Shown here: positions 10,389-21,697 of the stretch, one piece after another | Position numbering within the stretch: position 1 is the first letter of the stretch | How the letters are laid out: every line of letters starts with the position of its first letter | NCBI GenBank assembly: GCA_043732305.1 | Contig: JAYTHU010000031.1 | Location: forward strand, 1 to 64,000 | DNA: 64,000 bases | Direction: 5' to 3' | DNA from: Oligoflexia bacterium | Lineage (GTDB): Bacteria; Bdellovibrionota; Bdellovibrionia; JABDDW01 | The notes under the pieces: generated by a model | Told to the model about the DNA's origin: nothing | The model's database searches: none | What the model saw: the letters and a program-made list of their open reading frames with translations, nothing else | Translations under genes and position numbers: made by a program

Positions 10389-10973
10389 CTACCCAAGCTT
10401 ATCGAGAATCATCCGAGCTTCGGGCCGGGAGTTGCCAAGCCCTTCAAGTTTATTGATATCCAGGTAATCTTGCATCCTAAGTTTGGCGGCAAATCCAATA
10501 ACAATTCTAGTGTATGGCCTGAAATCCCAAAACTTATCTTCAGGCCGGCGCGGCCCCTTGTTTTTATTCCATTTCGTGAGATGCAGACTGATAGCACCCG
10601 TCACTCCGCAAATAAATTTTTCATAGGTGAACCGATTTTTTAATTTGATCATGAGATGCAGATGATTCCCAACGTTGGCGCAATTGAGAATCTCGACGCC
10701 CCACTTCTTAGATATTTTTTTTAAAATATATTGAATGAATCTGGCGTTTTCTTTTTTCCAAAACGACTTGCCTTCCTTAGCCTGGGAAGATCTCAACACG
10801 AGATGAATCGGATATTTTGTCGAAAGCGGCCGAGCCGTCCGATGCGCCCTCTCCGTGGTCAGCAATCCCCCAAAAAAATGCTGAATATTAAAAGTTTTCC
10901 CGCCAAAGCTCTGCTGCGCATTTCTCTGCCTGCGTTTTGCTTTTTTCCTGGGTCGCCCTTTTGCTTTGCTCAC
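10389..10973 (-). mobile_element. Y1/HUH transposase of IS200-like/RAYT type
   Basis: HLVLRS, HUH motif GNHLHL, FWDFRPYTR and a candidate catalytic Tyr in QDYLDINK; no TnpB or flanking TIRs seen. Confidence 0.7.
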
Positions 10974-11226
10974 GATCGTCTAATCCTCACTTCTAAATCT
11001 AATACTGTCTGAATCCAAATCTGAGCTATAAGCTCTAGCTCTAAGCTACTAAATTCAATCCACCTTCAACAGAAAAACCAGCTTAAAAGTTTTATCCTAT
11101 TTTCAATCATAACTTTCAATAAAATAATGTGAGCGCAGGTATATTTATGATCAAAATATTGAGTGAAGACATGTTCAACCTGCACTCGAATATCTAAAGA
11201 CGCCGTCTAAATAAGTTCAAAAAAAA

Positions 11227-12252
11227 CTAGATTAAAAATTTGGCGACGGAGATGAGATCGGATTTTTGGAAATAGCTGGATACGTACGGGCATTTAGTTG
11301 TTAGCAAACACATCACGGGTTTGGCCAATTGTTTTTGATGATCAGAGAAGAGATAAAAATTTGCTTGGCCTTTGCTGATGATCAAATCGCATTTCTGAAG
11401 GGCTTCTTCTAATTCGGGAGATTTTTCTTCCCATGAGATTCCGAGGGTGTCCGGACCGGCGCAAATAATCATGTCGGCATAATCTTGCATCTTCACATAG
11501 AGTCCATCTTCCAATGTCGCATCACTGGTGATGGGGCCGCCGCGCAGAGCACTCATCACAAACCAACCGCGAGCGCGTAAATCTGCAATCAGATAACGAT
11601 CAAACGCAATCTCGCCAACATTGTCATGAATAAAAAGGGCATGAGGTTTTGCAAAATTATTATGATGAGGCGCCGATCTTGCGCCAGGATTTTGAGGGCT
11701 CGACGTTCCGCCCAATCCCATAGTACCGCCTATTCCACCGTCAGAAACGGCAGCATTCATAGCCCATGTTTTTGGAACTTCGTTTACAAATTTATAAAAA
11801 ACGGGAAGGTCATTCACTTGAAGGGGTTCACGCACTTTAGTCAAAACATGTTCTTCGATCTTAGCGATCGGCACTTCATAACCGGTGCCAACGGTTCTGA
11901 AATCAAGATGATTGGACGCAATCACCCATTTCACCAAAGTTTCAAAACGTTCCAACGTGTCTGGCATTGAAGCTAGTTTCAATGCGAGCTTATCAGATAG
12001 CGCGAGCCCAACATCGTTGCAGTTTTTTCGAAGCTGTTCGAAAGGAAGTCTTTGGCCCGTGACTTTTTTAGCTATGCGGTGAACTTCTGTGATGTAAACG
12101 CTAGGCAAAGTGTCGAAATTGAAATTTTCGCTGAGATATTTCATCGCCTGGTTCATAACCGTGAGCTGAGTGGCATTGTCCACACCCATGAGTTTCACCG
12201 CGCCTGAGATATCGTCTATAATGCAACCGGCACAACCTTGCTCAGCTTTCAA
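11227..12252 (-). CDS. DUF89/ARMT1-like damage-control phosphatase
   Basis: N-terminal CxxC, SNHLDF, DNVGEI, PITSDAT, ISKGQAN, TKC. Confidence 0.85.
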   Translation of the reverse strand: MKAEQGCAGCIIDDISGAVKLMGVDNATQLTVMNQAMKYLSENFNFDTLPSVYITEVHRIAKKVTGQRLPFEQLRKNCNDVGLALSDKLALKLASMPDTLERFETLVKWVIASNHLDFRTVGTGYEVPIAKIEEHVLTKVREPLQVNDLPVFYKFVNEVPKTWAMNAAVSDGGIGGTMGLGGTSSPQNPGARSAPHHNNFAKPHALFIHDNVGEIAFDRYLIADLRARGWFVMSALRGGPITSDATLEDGLYVKMQDYADMIICAGPDTLGISWEEKSPELEEALQKCDLIISKGQANFYLFSDHQKQLAKPVMCLLTTKCPYVSSYFQKSDLISVAKFLI

Positions 12253-12261
12253 AATTCAACC

Positions 12262-12720
12262 TCATGCTTGCGCCACAAAATCGTTGATCGTTTGCAGCGA
12301 AGTTCCGGGAGTAAAAATTCCGGTGACGCCCATTTTTTTGAGTTTTGGAATATCGTCCTCTGGAATAATCCCCCCGACAAAAACGCGAATATGCAAAAGT
12401 TTTGCGGCTTTCATCAATCGCATGATTTCTCGCACCAGGTGAATATGCGCACCGGAAAGAATACTCAAGCCCACAAGATCAACGTCTTCTTGAAGCGCCG
12501 CCGCCACAACCATTTGCGGTGTTTGATGGAGCCCTGTATAAATGACTTCGTGGCCTGCATCGCGTAAAGATCTAGCGATCACTTTCGCGCCCCGATCATG
12601 CCCGTCAAGCCCCGGCTTCCCAATGAGCACCCGCTTGGGCCCAGTCGCCTTCGCAGGCTTTGCGGCTTTGGATTGAGTTTTTAACACAGGTTTTTTCGCT
12701 TTTGTTTTTTGTCTTGCCAT
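12262..12720 (-). CDS. Stand-alone cobalamin-binding subunit of an acyl-CoA mutase
   Basis: [38 protein letters not shown]. Confidence 0.92.
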   Translation of the reverse strand: MARQKTKAKKPVLKTQSKAAKPAKATGPKRVLIGKPGLDGHDRGAKVIARSLRDAGHEVIYTGLHQTPQMVVAAALQEDVDLVGLSILSGAHIHLVREIMRLMKAAKLLHIRVFVGGIIPEDDIPKLKKMGVTGIFTPGTSLQTINDFVAQA

Positions 12721-12784
12721 GGTGCCAATATCCTATAAAAATGACGGGAATTAAGAAAGAAAAATATTGTTCAAGGAGATCCCC

Positions 12785-13918
12785 ATGTCTTTCCTATCCG
12801 AAGATGAAACCGCATTCCGTATGGCCGTCCGTGAATTTGCTGAAGGTCAAATCAAGCCTTTGGTTAGTAAAATGGATCATGAAGCGCAGATGGATGCCGG
12901 CTTAGTAAAGCAATTTTTCGAAATGGGACTCATGGCTATCGAATCACCAGAAAAATACGGCGGCACTGAATCTAGTTTCTTTAATGCCTGCTTGGCAGTC
13001 GAAGAAGTTTCCCGCGTCGATGGATCATGCGGTGTTTTAGTGGACGTTCAAAACACTCTCGTCACGAACGCATTTTTAAAATGGGGCAATGAATCTCAAA
13101 AAGAAAAATATCTCAGCAAAATGTCACGCGAATGGGTTGGCGCATACGGCCTATCTGAAAGTTCCAGCGGATCAGATGCATTCGCTCTTCAATGTCGAGC
13201 CGAGAAAAAAGGCGAAAAGTGGATTTTGAACGGCCACAAACTTTGGATCACCAATGCAAAAGAAGCTGAATTATTTTTAGTTTTTGCAACCGTTGATAAA
13301 ACTCTTGGCTACAAAGGGATTACCGCTTTCATAGTTGAAAAGTCTTTTCCCGGATTCACTATCGGAAAAAAAGAAGACAAGATGGGCATCAGAGCGTCTT
13401 CCACATGCGAATTGACTTTTGAAAACTGTGAAGTTCCTCTCGAAAACGTCATGGGCGATGTTGGCAAAGGTTACAAAGTGGCTATCGAAACTTTGAACGA
13501 AGGCCGCATCGGAATTGGTGCGCAAATGGTTGGAGTCGCTCAAGGTGCATTCGACATGACATTGAATTACATCAAGGGCCGACAACAATTTGGGAAATCT
13601 ATTTCTGAATTCCAAGGCGTGCAATTTCAGTTGGCCGAAATGGCCATCAGCTTAGAGAGCGCGCGATTGATGGTTTATCACGCCGCTCGATTGAAAGACG
13701 CAAAACAGCCGTTCTTACGAGAAGCCGCGATGGCCAAATATCATTCAAGCAAAGTCGCTGAAAAAGTAGCCTCGATGGCCGTTGATCTTTTGGGTGGAAA
13801 TGGATTCACCAAAGAATATCCTGCCGAGAAATTCTACCGCGACGCCAAGATTGGCCAGATTTACGAAGGCACGAGCAACATGCAGCTCCAAACCGTCGCA
13901 AAATCATTCCTCGGGTAG
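12785..13918 (+). CDS. Short/branched-chain acyl-CoA dehydrogenase
   Basis: LSESSSGSDA, KLWITNA, KMGIRASST, LNEGRIGI, RQQFGK, IYEGTSNMQ; AAGGAG RBS. Confidence 0.93.
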   Translation: MSFLSEDETAFRMAVREFAEGQIKPLVSKMDHEAQMDAGLVKQFFEMGLMAIESPEKYGGTESSFFNACLAVEEVSRVDGSCGVLVDVQNTLVTNAFLKWGNESQKEKYLSKMSREWVGAYGLSESSSGSDAFALQCRAEKKGEKWILNGHKLWITNAKEAELFLVFATVDKTLGYKGITAFIVEKSFPGFTIGKKEDKMGIRASSTCELTFENCEVPLENVMGDVGKGYKVAIETLNEGRIGIGAQMVGVAQGAFDMTLNYIKGRQQFGKSISEFQGVQFQLAEMAISLESARLMVYHAARLKDAKQPFLREAAMAKYHSSKVAEKVASMAVDLLGGNGFTKEYPAEKFYRDAKIGQIYEGTSNMQLQTVAKSFLG

Positions 13919-13997
13919 GCCGGTACGCCGTACCATATCCGGAGTTGTAATCGATTTAAAAACAAATGTAGTTCCGGATATGGTACGGCGTACCGGC
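13919..13997. repeat. Perfect 25-bp inverted repeat with 29-bp spacer, each arm internally palindromic (REP-doublet/REPIN-like)
   Basis: GCCGGTACGCCGTACCATATCCGGA (13919-13943) and its exact reverse complement (13973-13997). Confidence 0.85.
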
Positions 13998-14009
13998 TTA
14001 AACTTTGCA
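13994..14009 (+). promoter_or_regulatory. Putative sigma54 -24/-12 promoter
   Basis: CGGCTTA-AACT-TTGCA (GG-N10-GC) just upstream of the exported protein gene. Confidence 0.5.
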
Positions 14010-14022
14010 ATTAATGGGATCA

Positions 14023-15135
14023 ATGAAGTACAAAATCGATCAAAATAACTCGAGGCTTGCCATATTGATTTTGGCGACATTCACGATGACAGCCTTTGTC
14101 ATTGCGATGCCTGTTTTTGCTCATGCCGGCGACGTCATCAACTGCACGTTTAAATTAAACAAAATCCGTTCGACAGAAGCCATTGATACCGTCGGAAAAA
14201 CCGATATTGCCAATGGTGGCGAGATTATGATGGAGAAGCCCTTCGCACTAAAATCGTGGAGAAACGCGAACCTTTGGAAACAATTCAAAGCGTTCCCTGA
14301 ACTATCTGTGCTGAGAGGAAATCAAGCCGTCGAAAGCCAACGTCAGTCGGAAAAAGGATTTTCACCCCCATTCCACACAGCTTCGGGTGCTCGAATTTTA
14401 TTGAGAAGAGCAATCCTCACCGAACTTGCCTATTTTCATCCCGATCAAGTGTCAGAGCACTTCTTCACTTCAAAACTCCTTAGCCCTGAAGCCAAGGGAA
14501 TATATCTAAAGCAAATTGAACTCAAACAACTGCTCAGTGAATTAAAAAGACATCCTGCGCTTGGTGCACACAACATTGAACTGCTAATGAGAACACAAGA
14601 CACGTTAATGATTGTTGCTGGCTACTGGAGAAGTTTCGTGATTCGTAGACCCGTGGACCTTCGCGGCGAATATGAAGCGGCGAAACTCGCTAACAGTGAG
14701 CTTGAAAAAGAGACCTCAAAAATATTTGGCATTCTCTATGGTTATTTAAATCATGCCGCCGAAGCTGCAGCTACGTTCGAAAGACAAAACCGAACGTATT
14801 ATTATTCTAAGGTTTTGGAATATCTTACTCAGCTCAAACCAAGCGCATTCGCCCAAATAGCTTACGAGCGGTACAGTAAATTTAGATTAGATTCCAAAAC
14901 TGAGACGCTAGCGCAGCCACCTCACCTCAGCGATCTCCATGACATGGCAGTTAGAACACAAACGGAAATTGAAAATCGTCGTGGCGAAGATTTGGCGAAA
15001 CGCGAAAAAGTCAGAATGAATATGATATTGATTCAAAACCCACAAGCTGTGACCTCAGGAAATAAGGCGACCCTCACGGCCGTTTCTAGAGAGACCGGCG
15101 ATACTCCCCGCCCACTTCAAAAAGACAGTGAGTGA
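14023..15135 (+). CDS. Hypothetical exported helical protein; single Cys in C-x3-L just after the signal peptide
   Basis: Long ORF, h-region ending [15 protein letters not shown]; exact start uncertain. Confidence 0.7.
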   Translation: MKYKIDQNNSRLAILILATFTMTAFVIAMPVFAHAGDVINCTFKLNKIRSTEAIDTVGKTDIANGGEIMMEKPFALKSWRNANLWKQFKAFPELSVLRGNQAVESQRQSEKGFSPPFHTASGARILLRRAILTELAYFHPDQVSEHFFTSKLLSPEAKGIYLKQIELKQLLSELKRHPALGAHNIELLMRTQDTLMIVAGYWRSFVIRRPVDLRGEYEAAKLANSELEKETSKIFGILYGYLNHAAEAAATFERQNRTYYYSKVLEYLTQLKPSAFAQIAYERYSKFRLDSKTETLAQPPHLSDLHDMAVRTQTEIENRRGEDLAKREKVRMNMILIQNPQAVTSGNKATLTAVSRETGDTPRPLQKDSE

Positions 15136-18100
15136 TTTGCCCAAGAGAGCAAACTCGCGAAGCATCCATCAGTTCGATAAAAACATTTCCGCCATCTAAA
15201 ACAGTTTGACGCAATTTAGCGAGCGCCGGCGGAGCTTCATGCGCGTGACGTTTTTGAAACTCTGCGAGTGATTTAATTTGCGCTTGTTTTTCCTCAACGG
15301 TCGATCGTCTCAATTCAATTTTTGGATGCTTGAATCCATGCTCCAAAGTTTTTGGGTCAATGAAAGTATTCACACCAATAATTGGAAGCTTTCCACTGTG
15401 CTTGAGAGTTTCGTAATAGAGACTCTCTTCCTGAATTTTCCCGCGCTGATATTGAGTTTCCATCGCGCCCAAAACTCCACCACGTTCTGCCAAACGATGG
15501 AATTCAGCGAGCACCGCTTCTTCCACTAAATCCGTCAGCTCACTCATAAAGTAACTGCCCTGCAGTGGATTCTCATTTCGAGTTGTGCCAAGTTCCTGAT
15601 TGATGATCATCTGAATGGCCATAGCACGTCTCACACTAGCTTCAGTGGGCGTGGTGATCGCTTCATCATAGGCGTTGGTGTGCAGACTATTGCAGTTGTC
15701 GTAGATGGCAAAGAGCGCCTGAAGAGTAGTTCTGATATCGTTAAAGTCTATCTCTTGGGCATGCAGAGATCTGCCGCTGGTTTGAATATGATATTTTAAT
15801 TTTTGCGAGCGATCGTTCGCCTTATATTTATCTCGGAGTGTGACAGCCCAAATTCTTCGCGCAACACGTCCAATGACAGAGTATTCCGGATCTAAACCAT
15901 TGCTGAAGAAAAAGCTTAAATTTCCAGCGAAGTCATCAATCTGCATTCCTCGGCTCAGATAATATTCCACGTAAGTGAAACCATTGGCCAAAGTGAATGC
16001 GAGTTGACTGATGGGATTAGCGCCCGCTTCTGCGATGTGGTAACCACTGATGCTGACAGAATAATAATTCTTCACACCGTTATCGGAAAAGTATTGCTGA
16101 ATATCTCCCATAACTTTTAAGGAAAATTCAGTCGAAAAAATACACGTGTTCTGTGCTTGATCTTCTTTAAGGATGTCAGCCTGAACAGTTCCGCGAACAA
16201 GCTTCAGCGTTTCCGCTTTGACAGCCTCACGATTCTGTTCTGTCTTAGCGCAGTCTTTAGTTTCCAATCTTTGATCAATGGCTGCGTTCAAGTAAAAAGC
16301 TAGAATTGTTGGAGCAGGACCGTTGATGGTCATACTCACGCTGGTCTTTGGATCACATAGATCAAAACCCGCATAAAGTTTTTTAATGTCCTCAATAGTG
16401 CAAATGCTCACGCCGCTCTCACCCACTTTTCCATAAATGTCGGGACGTTCGTGAGGATCTTCTCCGTAAAGAGTGACACTGTCAAAAGCAGTAGAAAGTC
16501 TTTTTGAATCTTCGTTTTGCGTGAGGTAATGGAAACGTGCATTGGTTTTTTCTGGAGGTCCTTCGCCGGCAAATTGCCTTCGAGGTTCTTCAGTGTCACG
16601 CTTGAGTGGAAAAACACCCGCAGTGTAAGGAAAAAATCCAGGGACGTTTTCTTTTCTCAAAAACCTGAGGCGATCTCCCCAATCATTTAATTTTGGGACA
16701 GAAACTTTCCTAATTTTGTTATGGGACAAACTGGTAGAAAAAAGCGCCATTTTAATTTCGCGGTCGCGCACATGATAAGTAAGGGCATCTTGAGAATATT
16801 TTTCTATCAAATGATCCCACGAATTGATTTCAGAAAGGGTTTCAAGTCCCACTTCTTTTTCTATTTTCTCTTGGCGATTTTCCAGAGCGGCCAATCCCGA
16901 ATCTAAAGATTCTCCAGAAGATTTAGAATTTTTAAAGATAGGCAGACATTTTTCAATGGCACCAAGTTCAGAAACCAAGACCGCATCTTTTTCGGTTTTG
17001 AGAATGTAACTTTTAATGGTCTTTACAATCTCCGCCATGTAGCTTTGATTTTCAACCGGGAGTATGACCTGCCGCTTGGTGGTCAAAACCTTATGTTGCA
17101 CTTTTTTAGTGAAACCTTTTTTAGCAAGTTCTGTGATCAATTTCGCAAACAAGGTATTCACACCCTGATCGTTAAATTGGGAAGATATGGTCCCGTAAAT
17201 AGGCAATTCGGAATCTTGTGGCTCGTGAAAAAGTTTTCGGGATCTTCGATACTGTCGCCTGACATCTCGGAGCGCATCTTCGGCGCCACGACGATCAAAT
17301 TTATTTATTGCAATGACATCCGCAAAATCGATCATGTCAATCTTCTCTAATTGCGAAGGTGCACCGTACTCACTTGTCATGACGTAGAGAGAAAAATCCA
17401 CGCTATCTGTGATAGCGGTATCACCTTGACCTATGCCAATAGTCTCTACAAAAATCAAATCGAAATCAGAATTTTGACATAAATTAATAGCTTCTTTAAG
17501 TGAGTCAGAAACTTCCCGCCCGCTTCCACGAGTCGCAAGCGAGCGCATGAAAATTCCGCCGCGTGAGAGCGAATTCATACGGATGCGATCCCCCAAGAGA
17601 GCACCGCCCGTTTTCTTCTTGGTGGGATCAACTGACAAAACGGCAATTCTAATTCCGTCAATGTGATTCAAAAATCTTTGAAGTATTTCATCGGTCAGAG
17701 AACTTTTTCCAGCTCCGCCGGTACCGGTTACCCCAACCACCAATGCAGTTTTTTTGACAGGAAGATTTACCAGCTGAACATCAGCGTTCTTAGATTTCTT
17801 TTCTAGCGACAGTAAGTTTTCATTGATGGTTATTGCGCGCGCCAGTTGCTGCGGCCATTCTAATTTTGTCTGGTAGCCTCCCGGAGATTTAAATTCTGGG
17901 AGTTTTCGCTTTGACACCGCCATCAAATCATAATCAGATTTATTTAAAACATCCTGGATCATTCCCTCAAGACCGAGCCTTCGCCCGTCATCAGGATGAT
18001 AGATCGCAGTGATTCCGTATTTTTCTAACGCTTCCTTTTCATCATGGACAATAACTCCGCCGCCACCACCAAATATTTTGATGTGACCGGCGTCGTTTTC

Positions 18101-18346
18101 TCTCAGCAAATCAAGAGTGTATTTGAAAAACTCCATATGCCCGCCCTGATATGAGCTGATAGCAATGGCGTGAGCGTCCTCTTGAATGGCTGCGGTCACA
18201 ATATCTTTAACAGAGCGGTTATGCCCTAAGTGAATGACTTCCGCACCACCAGCTTGAAGCAGGCGTCTCATGATGTTGATGCTGGCGTCATGCCCGTCAA
18301 AGAGACTCGTTGCGGTGATAATTCTCACATGATTCTTGAGCGCCAA
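15086..18346 (-). CDS. icmF: Fused isobutyryl-CoA mutase/MeaB-like GTPase
   Basis: B12 domain FDGHDAS, GTPase GTGGAGKSS, mutase RQFAGEG (Phe, not Tyr), [27 protein letters not shown] start after GGGGA. Confidence 0.95.
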   Translation of the reverse strand: MALKNHVRIITATSLFDGHDASINIMRRLLQAGGAEVIHLGHNRSVKDIVTAAIQEDAHAIAISSYQGGHMEFFKYTLDLLRENDAGHIKIFGGGGGVIVHDEKEALEKYGITAIYHPDDGRRLGLEGMIQDVLNKSDYDLMAVSKRKLPEFKSPGGYQTKLEWPQQLARAITINENLLSLEKKSKNADVQLVNLPVKKTALVVGVTGTGGAGKSSLTDEILQRFLNHIDGIRIAVLSVDPTKKKTGGALLGDRIRMNSLSRGGIFMRSLATRGSGREVSDSLKEAINLCQNSDFDLIFVETIGIGQGDTAITDSVDFSLYVMTSEYGAPSQLEKIDMIDFADVIAINKFDRRGAEDALRDVRRQYRRSRKLFHEPQDSELPIYGTISSQFNDQGVNTLFAKLITELAKKGFTKKVQHKVLTTKRQVILPVENQSYMAEIVKTIKSYILKTEKDAVLVSELGAIEKCLPIFKNSKSSGESLDSGLAALENRQEKIEKEVGLETLSEINSWDHLIEKYSQDALTYHVRDREIKMALFSTSLSHNKIRKVSVPKLNDWGDRLRFLRKENVPGFFPYTAGVFPLKRDTEEPRRQFAGEGPPEKTNARFHYLTQNEDSKRLSTAFDSVTLYGEDPHERPDIYGKVGESGVSICTIEDIKKLYAGFDLCDPKTSVSMTINGPAPTILAFYLNAAIDQRLETKDCAKTEQNREAVKAETLKLVRGTVQADILKEDQAQNTCIFSTEFSLKVMGDIQQYFSDNGVKNYYSVSISGYHIAEAGANPISQLAFTLANGFTYVEYYLSRGMQIDDFAGNLSFFFSNGLDPEYSVIGRVARRIWAVTLRDKYKANDRSQKLKYHIQTSGRSLHAQEIDFNDIRTTLQALFAIYDNCNSLHTNAYDEAITTPTEASVRRAMAIQMIINQELGTTRNENPLQGSYFMSELTDLVEEAVLAEFHRLAERGGVLGAMETQYQRGKIQEESLYYETLKHSGKLPIIGVNTFIDPKTLEHGFKHPKIELRRSTVEEKQAQIKSLAEFQKRHAHEAPPALAKLRQTVLDGGNVFIELMDASRVCSLGQITHCLFEVGGEYRRSL

Positions 18347-18347
18347 T

Positions 18348-19124
18348 TTATTCCCCTTGGAAAGCTGCCGGGCGTTTTTCGATAAAAGCTTTTGTGCCTT
18401 CGCGCATGTCTTCAGTTTCAAATAAATCGCTGAAAAGATCCGCTTCAAATCCAAGTCCTTTATCGATTGGAACGTCAAAGCCGTCGCTGATGGCTTCTTT
18501 GCTAGCGGCTACTGCAAGAGGAGCAAGTTTTGCTATTTCCTCCGCGGTTTTCATAGCTTCAGCCATGAGTTCATCTGGACTACAAAGTTTATTTACTAAA
18601 CCGAGTCTGAAACCTTCTTCAGCAGAAATTTGTCGTCCAGAATAAATAAGTTCACGAGCCATTGGCAATCCAACAAATCGAGCCAAACGCTGAGTGCCAC
18701 CAAATCCGGGCATCAGTCCAAGCATGACTTCAGGTTGACCAAACTTTGCTTTGGTAGACGCGTAAATAAAATCACAGCTACAGGCAATTTCCGTTCCGCC
18801 ACCAAGTGCAAATCCGTTGACTGCTGCAATAACTGGAATTTTCAAAATTTCTAAACGTCTCAAAACAGCTTGGCCTTTTTTAGAAAACTTTCTACCATCT
18901 TCGCCAACCATGGTGGACATCTCTAAAATGTCCGCACCGGCGACAAAAGCTTTGTCTCCGCCACCAGTGATAATCAAAACACGAATGTCTCGATCGGAAT
19001 CAATGATGTCGATTAAAGCGTCTAATTCGGTGAGCATTTCAAGATTGATTGCGTTCAGCGCTTTAGGCCGATTGAATTTTAGAACGCCAATATTTTTAAC
19101 TTTTTCGTAAACCAGGGTTTCCAT
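18348..19124 (-). CDS. crt: Enoyl-CoA hydratase (crotonase)
   Basis: [39 protein letters not shown]. Confidence 0.9.
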   Translation of the reverse strand: METLVYEKVKNIGVLKFNRPKALNAINLEMLTELDALIDIIDSDRDIRVLIITGGGDKAFVAGADILEMSTMVGEDGRKFSKKGQAVLRRLEILKIPVIAAVNGFALGGGTEIACSCDFIYASTKAKFGQPEVMLGLMPGFGGTQRLARFVGLPMARELIYSGRQISAEEGFRLGLVNKLCSPDELMAEAMKTAEEIAKLAPLAVAASKEAISDGFDVPIDKGLGFEADLFSDLFETEDMREGTKAFIEKRPAAFQGE

Positions 19125-19132
19125 GATTCTCC

Positions 19133-19978
19133 TTAATATTTATAAAATCCGTGACCGGTTTTTCTACCGAGCCATCCCGCTTCAACATATTTTACTAACA
19201 GCGGGCAAGGGCGATACTTCGTATCACCGAGCTCGTTATGCAATACCTTCATTATTGAAAGACAAGTGTCTAACCCAATTAAATCAGCCAACGCAAGTGG
19301 CCCCATGGGTTGATTGGTTCCAAGTTTCATCGCCTCATCAATGGCTTCCGGCTTAGCAATGCCTTCAAGCAAAACATAAACAGCTTCGTTGATCATGGGC
19401 ATAAGAATGCGGTTAACTACAAATCCGGGAAAATCTTTTGACTCAACAAAAGTCTTTCCCATTTTTTCCGCAAGCTCGCGAGTGAATTTAAATGTTTCAT
19501 TACTAGTAGCCAAGCCCTTAATGCCTTCGACCAACTTCATGACCGGAACTGGATTCATGAAATGCATGCCCACAACTTCATCGGGACGTTTAGTGACGGC
19601 CGCAATTTTAGTGATGCTAATGGAACTTGTGTTGCTGGCAAGAATAGCTTCCGGCGCAAGCACAGCGTCCAGCTGTCTGAAGATCTCGAGTTTTAAAACT
19701 TCGTTTTCCGTCACGGCCTCAATAGCCATGTTTACGGAAGTGAGATCAGTAAATTTCGAGGTGGTTTTGATTCGTTTAAGAACATCTTCTTTTTGAGCAG
19801 CGGTGATAATTTCTTTTTTAATCAGGCGGTCTAAACTTCCTGAGATAGTGCTACTTGCTTTAGCCAAAGCTTCATTTTTCAAATCATAAAGCACAACATC
19901 TATTCCTTGTTGGGCGGCCACTTGAGCGATGCCACTTCCCATTTGGCCAGCGCCCAATACACCTATGGTTTTAATCAT
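19133..19978 (-). CDS. hbd: 3-hydroxybutyryl-CoA dehydrogenase
   Basis: [35 protein letters not shown]. Confidence 0.93.
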   Translation of the reverse strand: MIKTIGVLGAGQMGSGIAQVAAQQGIDVVLYDLKNEALAKASSTISGSLDRLIKKEIITAAQKEDVLKRIKTTSKFTDLTSVNMAIEAVTENEVLKLEIFRQLDAVLAPEAILASNTSSISITKIAAVTKRPDEVVGMHFMNPVPVMKLVEGIKGLATSNETFKFTRELAEKMGKTFVESKDFPGFVVNRILMPMINEAVYVLLEGIAKPEAIDEAMKLGTNQPMGPLALADLIGLDTCLSIMKVLHNELGDTKYRPCPLLVKYVEAGWLGRKTGHGFYKY

Positions 19979-20233
19979 ATGAATTGTCCTTTTTTTAGAG
20001 ATAGTTTTTACTCCTAGTTTTTACTCTTTAGGCCTGCCGGCTGCAAGTCTAAAACATGAGGCACAAAACATAAGGCTGAGGCAAGAATTTCCTCGATCGG
20101 AATTTCGTCCAGGTAAAAGCGAGTCACAAGCCCTTCGCAGAGGCGCGCGAGTGAGACCAGCTTGCTTTACACCACAACTTTAGAAGCTTTGTGCAAGGAA
20201 GCTTGGGCCTTGTTTGTGCATTACTTAAAACTA

Positions 20234-21697
20234 ATGCTCAGCCTCCATTACTCACGCATTTTAATGATCCAAGTTTGCCTGTTGGTTGGTTCCGGCTTTT
20301 TTGCGTCCACGGGTAGTCTGGCCTCTCAAATTTACCGTGACCCCGATTCCTCATTTTCATCCGGCGATGAACCTATTACTCAGCTTAAAATGGATGGAAC
20401 GGCGATAAACCGGACTTGGATTAAAATGCCAAACGGAAAATGGATTTCACGAAAAGAAATTTTAACAATCATAGATTTCAGTGACAAAGTGATCGCTCGG
20501 AATAATACACTCTTGCTTTCTGACAGTCATGACCAAGCAAGACCGGTAGCCACCGTCAAAGTTGGTGAAACTCTAAAAATTATTAAAATTGAAAATTCCT
20601 GGGTGAAAGTGTCGCGGGAGATAAAATCGGGACTGAAAATGGGATGGATCCAAGAAAAGCAAATTGGTCCGGATCCTGGCGCGTTCGGTTTTATTTACAC
20701 AAAAAGTCCAATCATCATGCGCATCAAACCAAATTTTACCTCTCACAAAGTGCGGGATCTCCCAGAACTATATAAAATCAAACCTCTCAAACTTCAAGGA
20801 CCCTGGCTTTTTGTGAAAGACGCTGGCTACCAGGGATGGATTCATATATCTGACGTTTATTCAAAGTTAGATTTCGCCGAAGCGGTGCTTCCACAAAAAG
20901 AAAATGAGTATCGCAAAGTGAAGTTTCATCAGGGGTCGTGGATCGAAACAAAGGAAGCTCACTTTTATACCTTGCAAAAAATCGCAAAAATCAAAACAAG
21001 CGAACGAATTTTTCTAGTAAAGAAAAGCAAAGTTATGGGGAAAATAATGAACACTCAGACAGTCACGTGGCAGAGAGCCTACTCCAGACATTCAGGCACA
21101 GTTTGGTTCGCGGAAAACAATATTTTTCAGAAAAAAGAAAATACAGAAATTTATCTTTCTAACGATGATTTTTTCCAAAGAAAAATATTTGATATGGCCG
21201 AGCACCCTCTTCTCCCCGATTTTAAATTGGCGTCAAGCCGAGGCATATTTAAAACTACGGATAGTATGACTTGGGAAAAAATAGAACGTTTTGGAGAAGA
21301 AAATTACCCTGTCTGTATCACCCAAAGCGGAACAATGTTTGTGGGACCATACGTCAGTCACAATGCAGGAAATAGTTTCCAATCGTACTTGCGATTCGAC
21401 AAGCTTCTAAACGCTTTTTATAAAGCAGGAAAAAAACTTCCATCTCAGTTACTAATGACAGCTATTGATTACAATGAAACCGGAAGTGCTTTGCATGTGA
21501 CTTTTAATAGTACTCTTACGCTTGAGTCGGCAGACGCAGGGAAGAATTGGCTTCTTCTTGAAGGCCAACATAAGCCTCAAGAATCTGTTTTCTCACGGCG
21601 TTTCGCAATTCAAATCGATCGGCCATGGTCATCCCCTTCGTCTCTATCGGGGGCAAAATCTGAACATAAACGTCTTGCCACAATTGTGTCCTATTAG
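20234..21697 (+). CDS. Exported protein with SH3b-like repeats and a C-terminal BNR/beta-propeller-like region
   Basis: WVKV..GWI and WLFV..GWI repeats; KTTDSMTW, SHNAGNSF, SADAGKNW Asp-box-like motifs; GG-N10-GC at 20206-20219 upstream; start uncertain. Confidence 0.65.
   Translation: MLSLHYSRILMIQVCLLVGSGFFASTGSLASQIYRDPDSSFSSGDEPITQLKMDGTAINRTWIKMPNGKWISRKEILTIIDFSDKVIARNNTLLLSDSHDQARPVATVKVGETLKIIKIENSWVKVSREIKSGLKMGWIQEKQIGPDPGAFGFIYTKSPIIMRIKPNFTSHKVRDLPELYKIKPLKLQGPWLFVKDAGYQGWIHISDVYSKLDFAEAVLPQKENEYRKVKFHQGSWIETKEAHFYTLQKIAKIKTSERIFLVKKSKVMGKIMNTQTVTWQRAYSRHSGTVWFAENNIFQKKENTEIYLSNDDFFQRKIFDMAEHPLLPDFKLASSRGIFKTTDSMTWEKIERFGEENYPVCITQSGTMFVGPYVSHNAGNSFQSYLRFDKLLNAFYKAGKKLPSQLLMTAIDYNETGSALHVTFNSTLTLESADAGKNWLLLEGQHKPQESVFSRRFAIQIDRPWSSPSSLSGAKSEHKRLATIVSY

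Noticed and set aside
18347..18478. ORF-track N-terminal extensions of icmF (also fadJ, hflX, ydcF, the kinase and the replication gene)
   Set aside because: They overlap upstream genes or lack homology; downstream starts with RBS or start/stop coupling fit better
21516..21697. 182-bp convergent overlap of the SH3 gene and plsC (also 15086-15135 for icmF)
   Set aside because: Likely simple stop-codon drift in low-information tails; no sign of dual function
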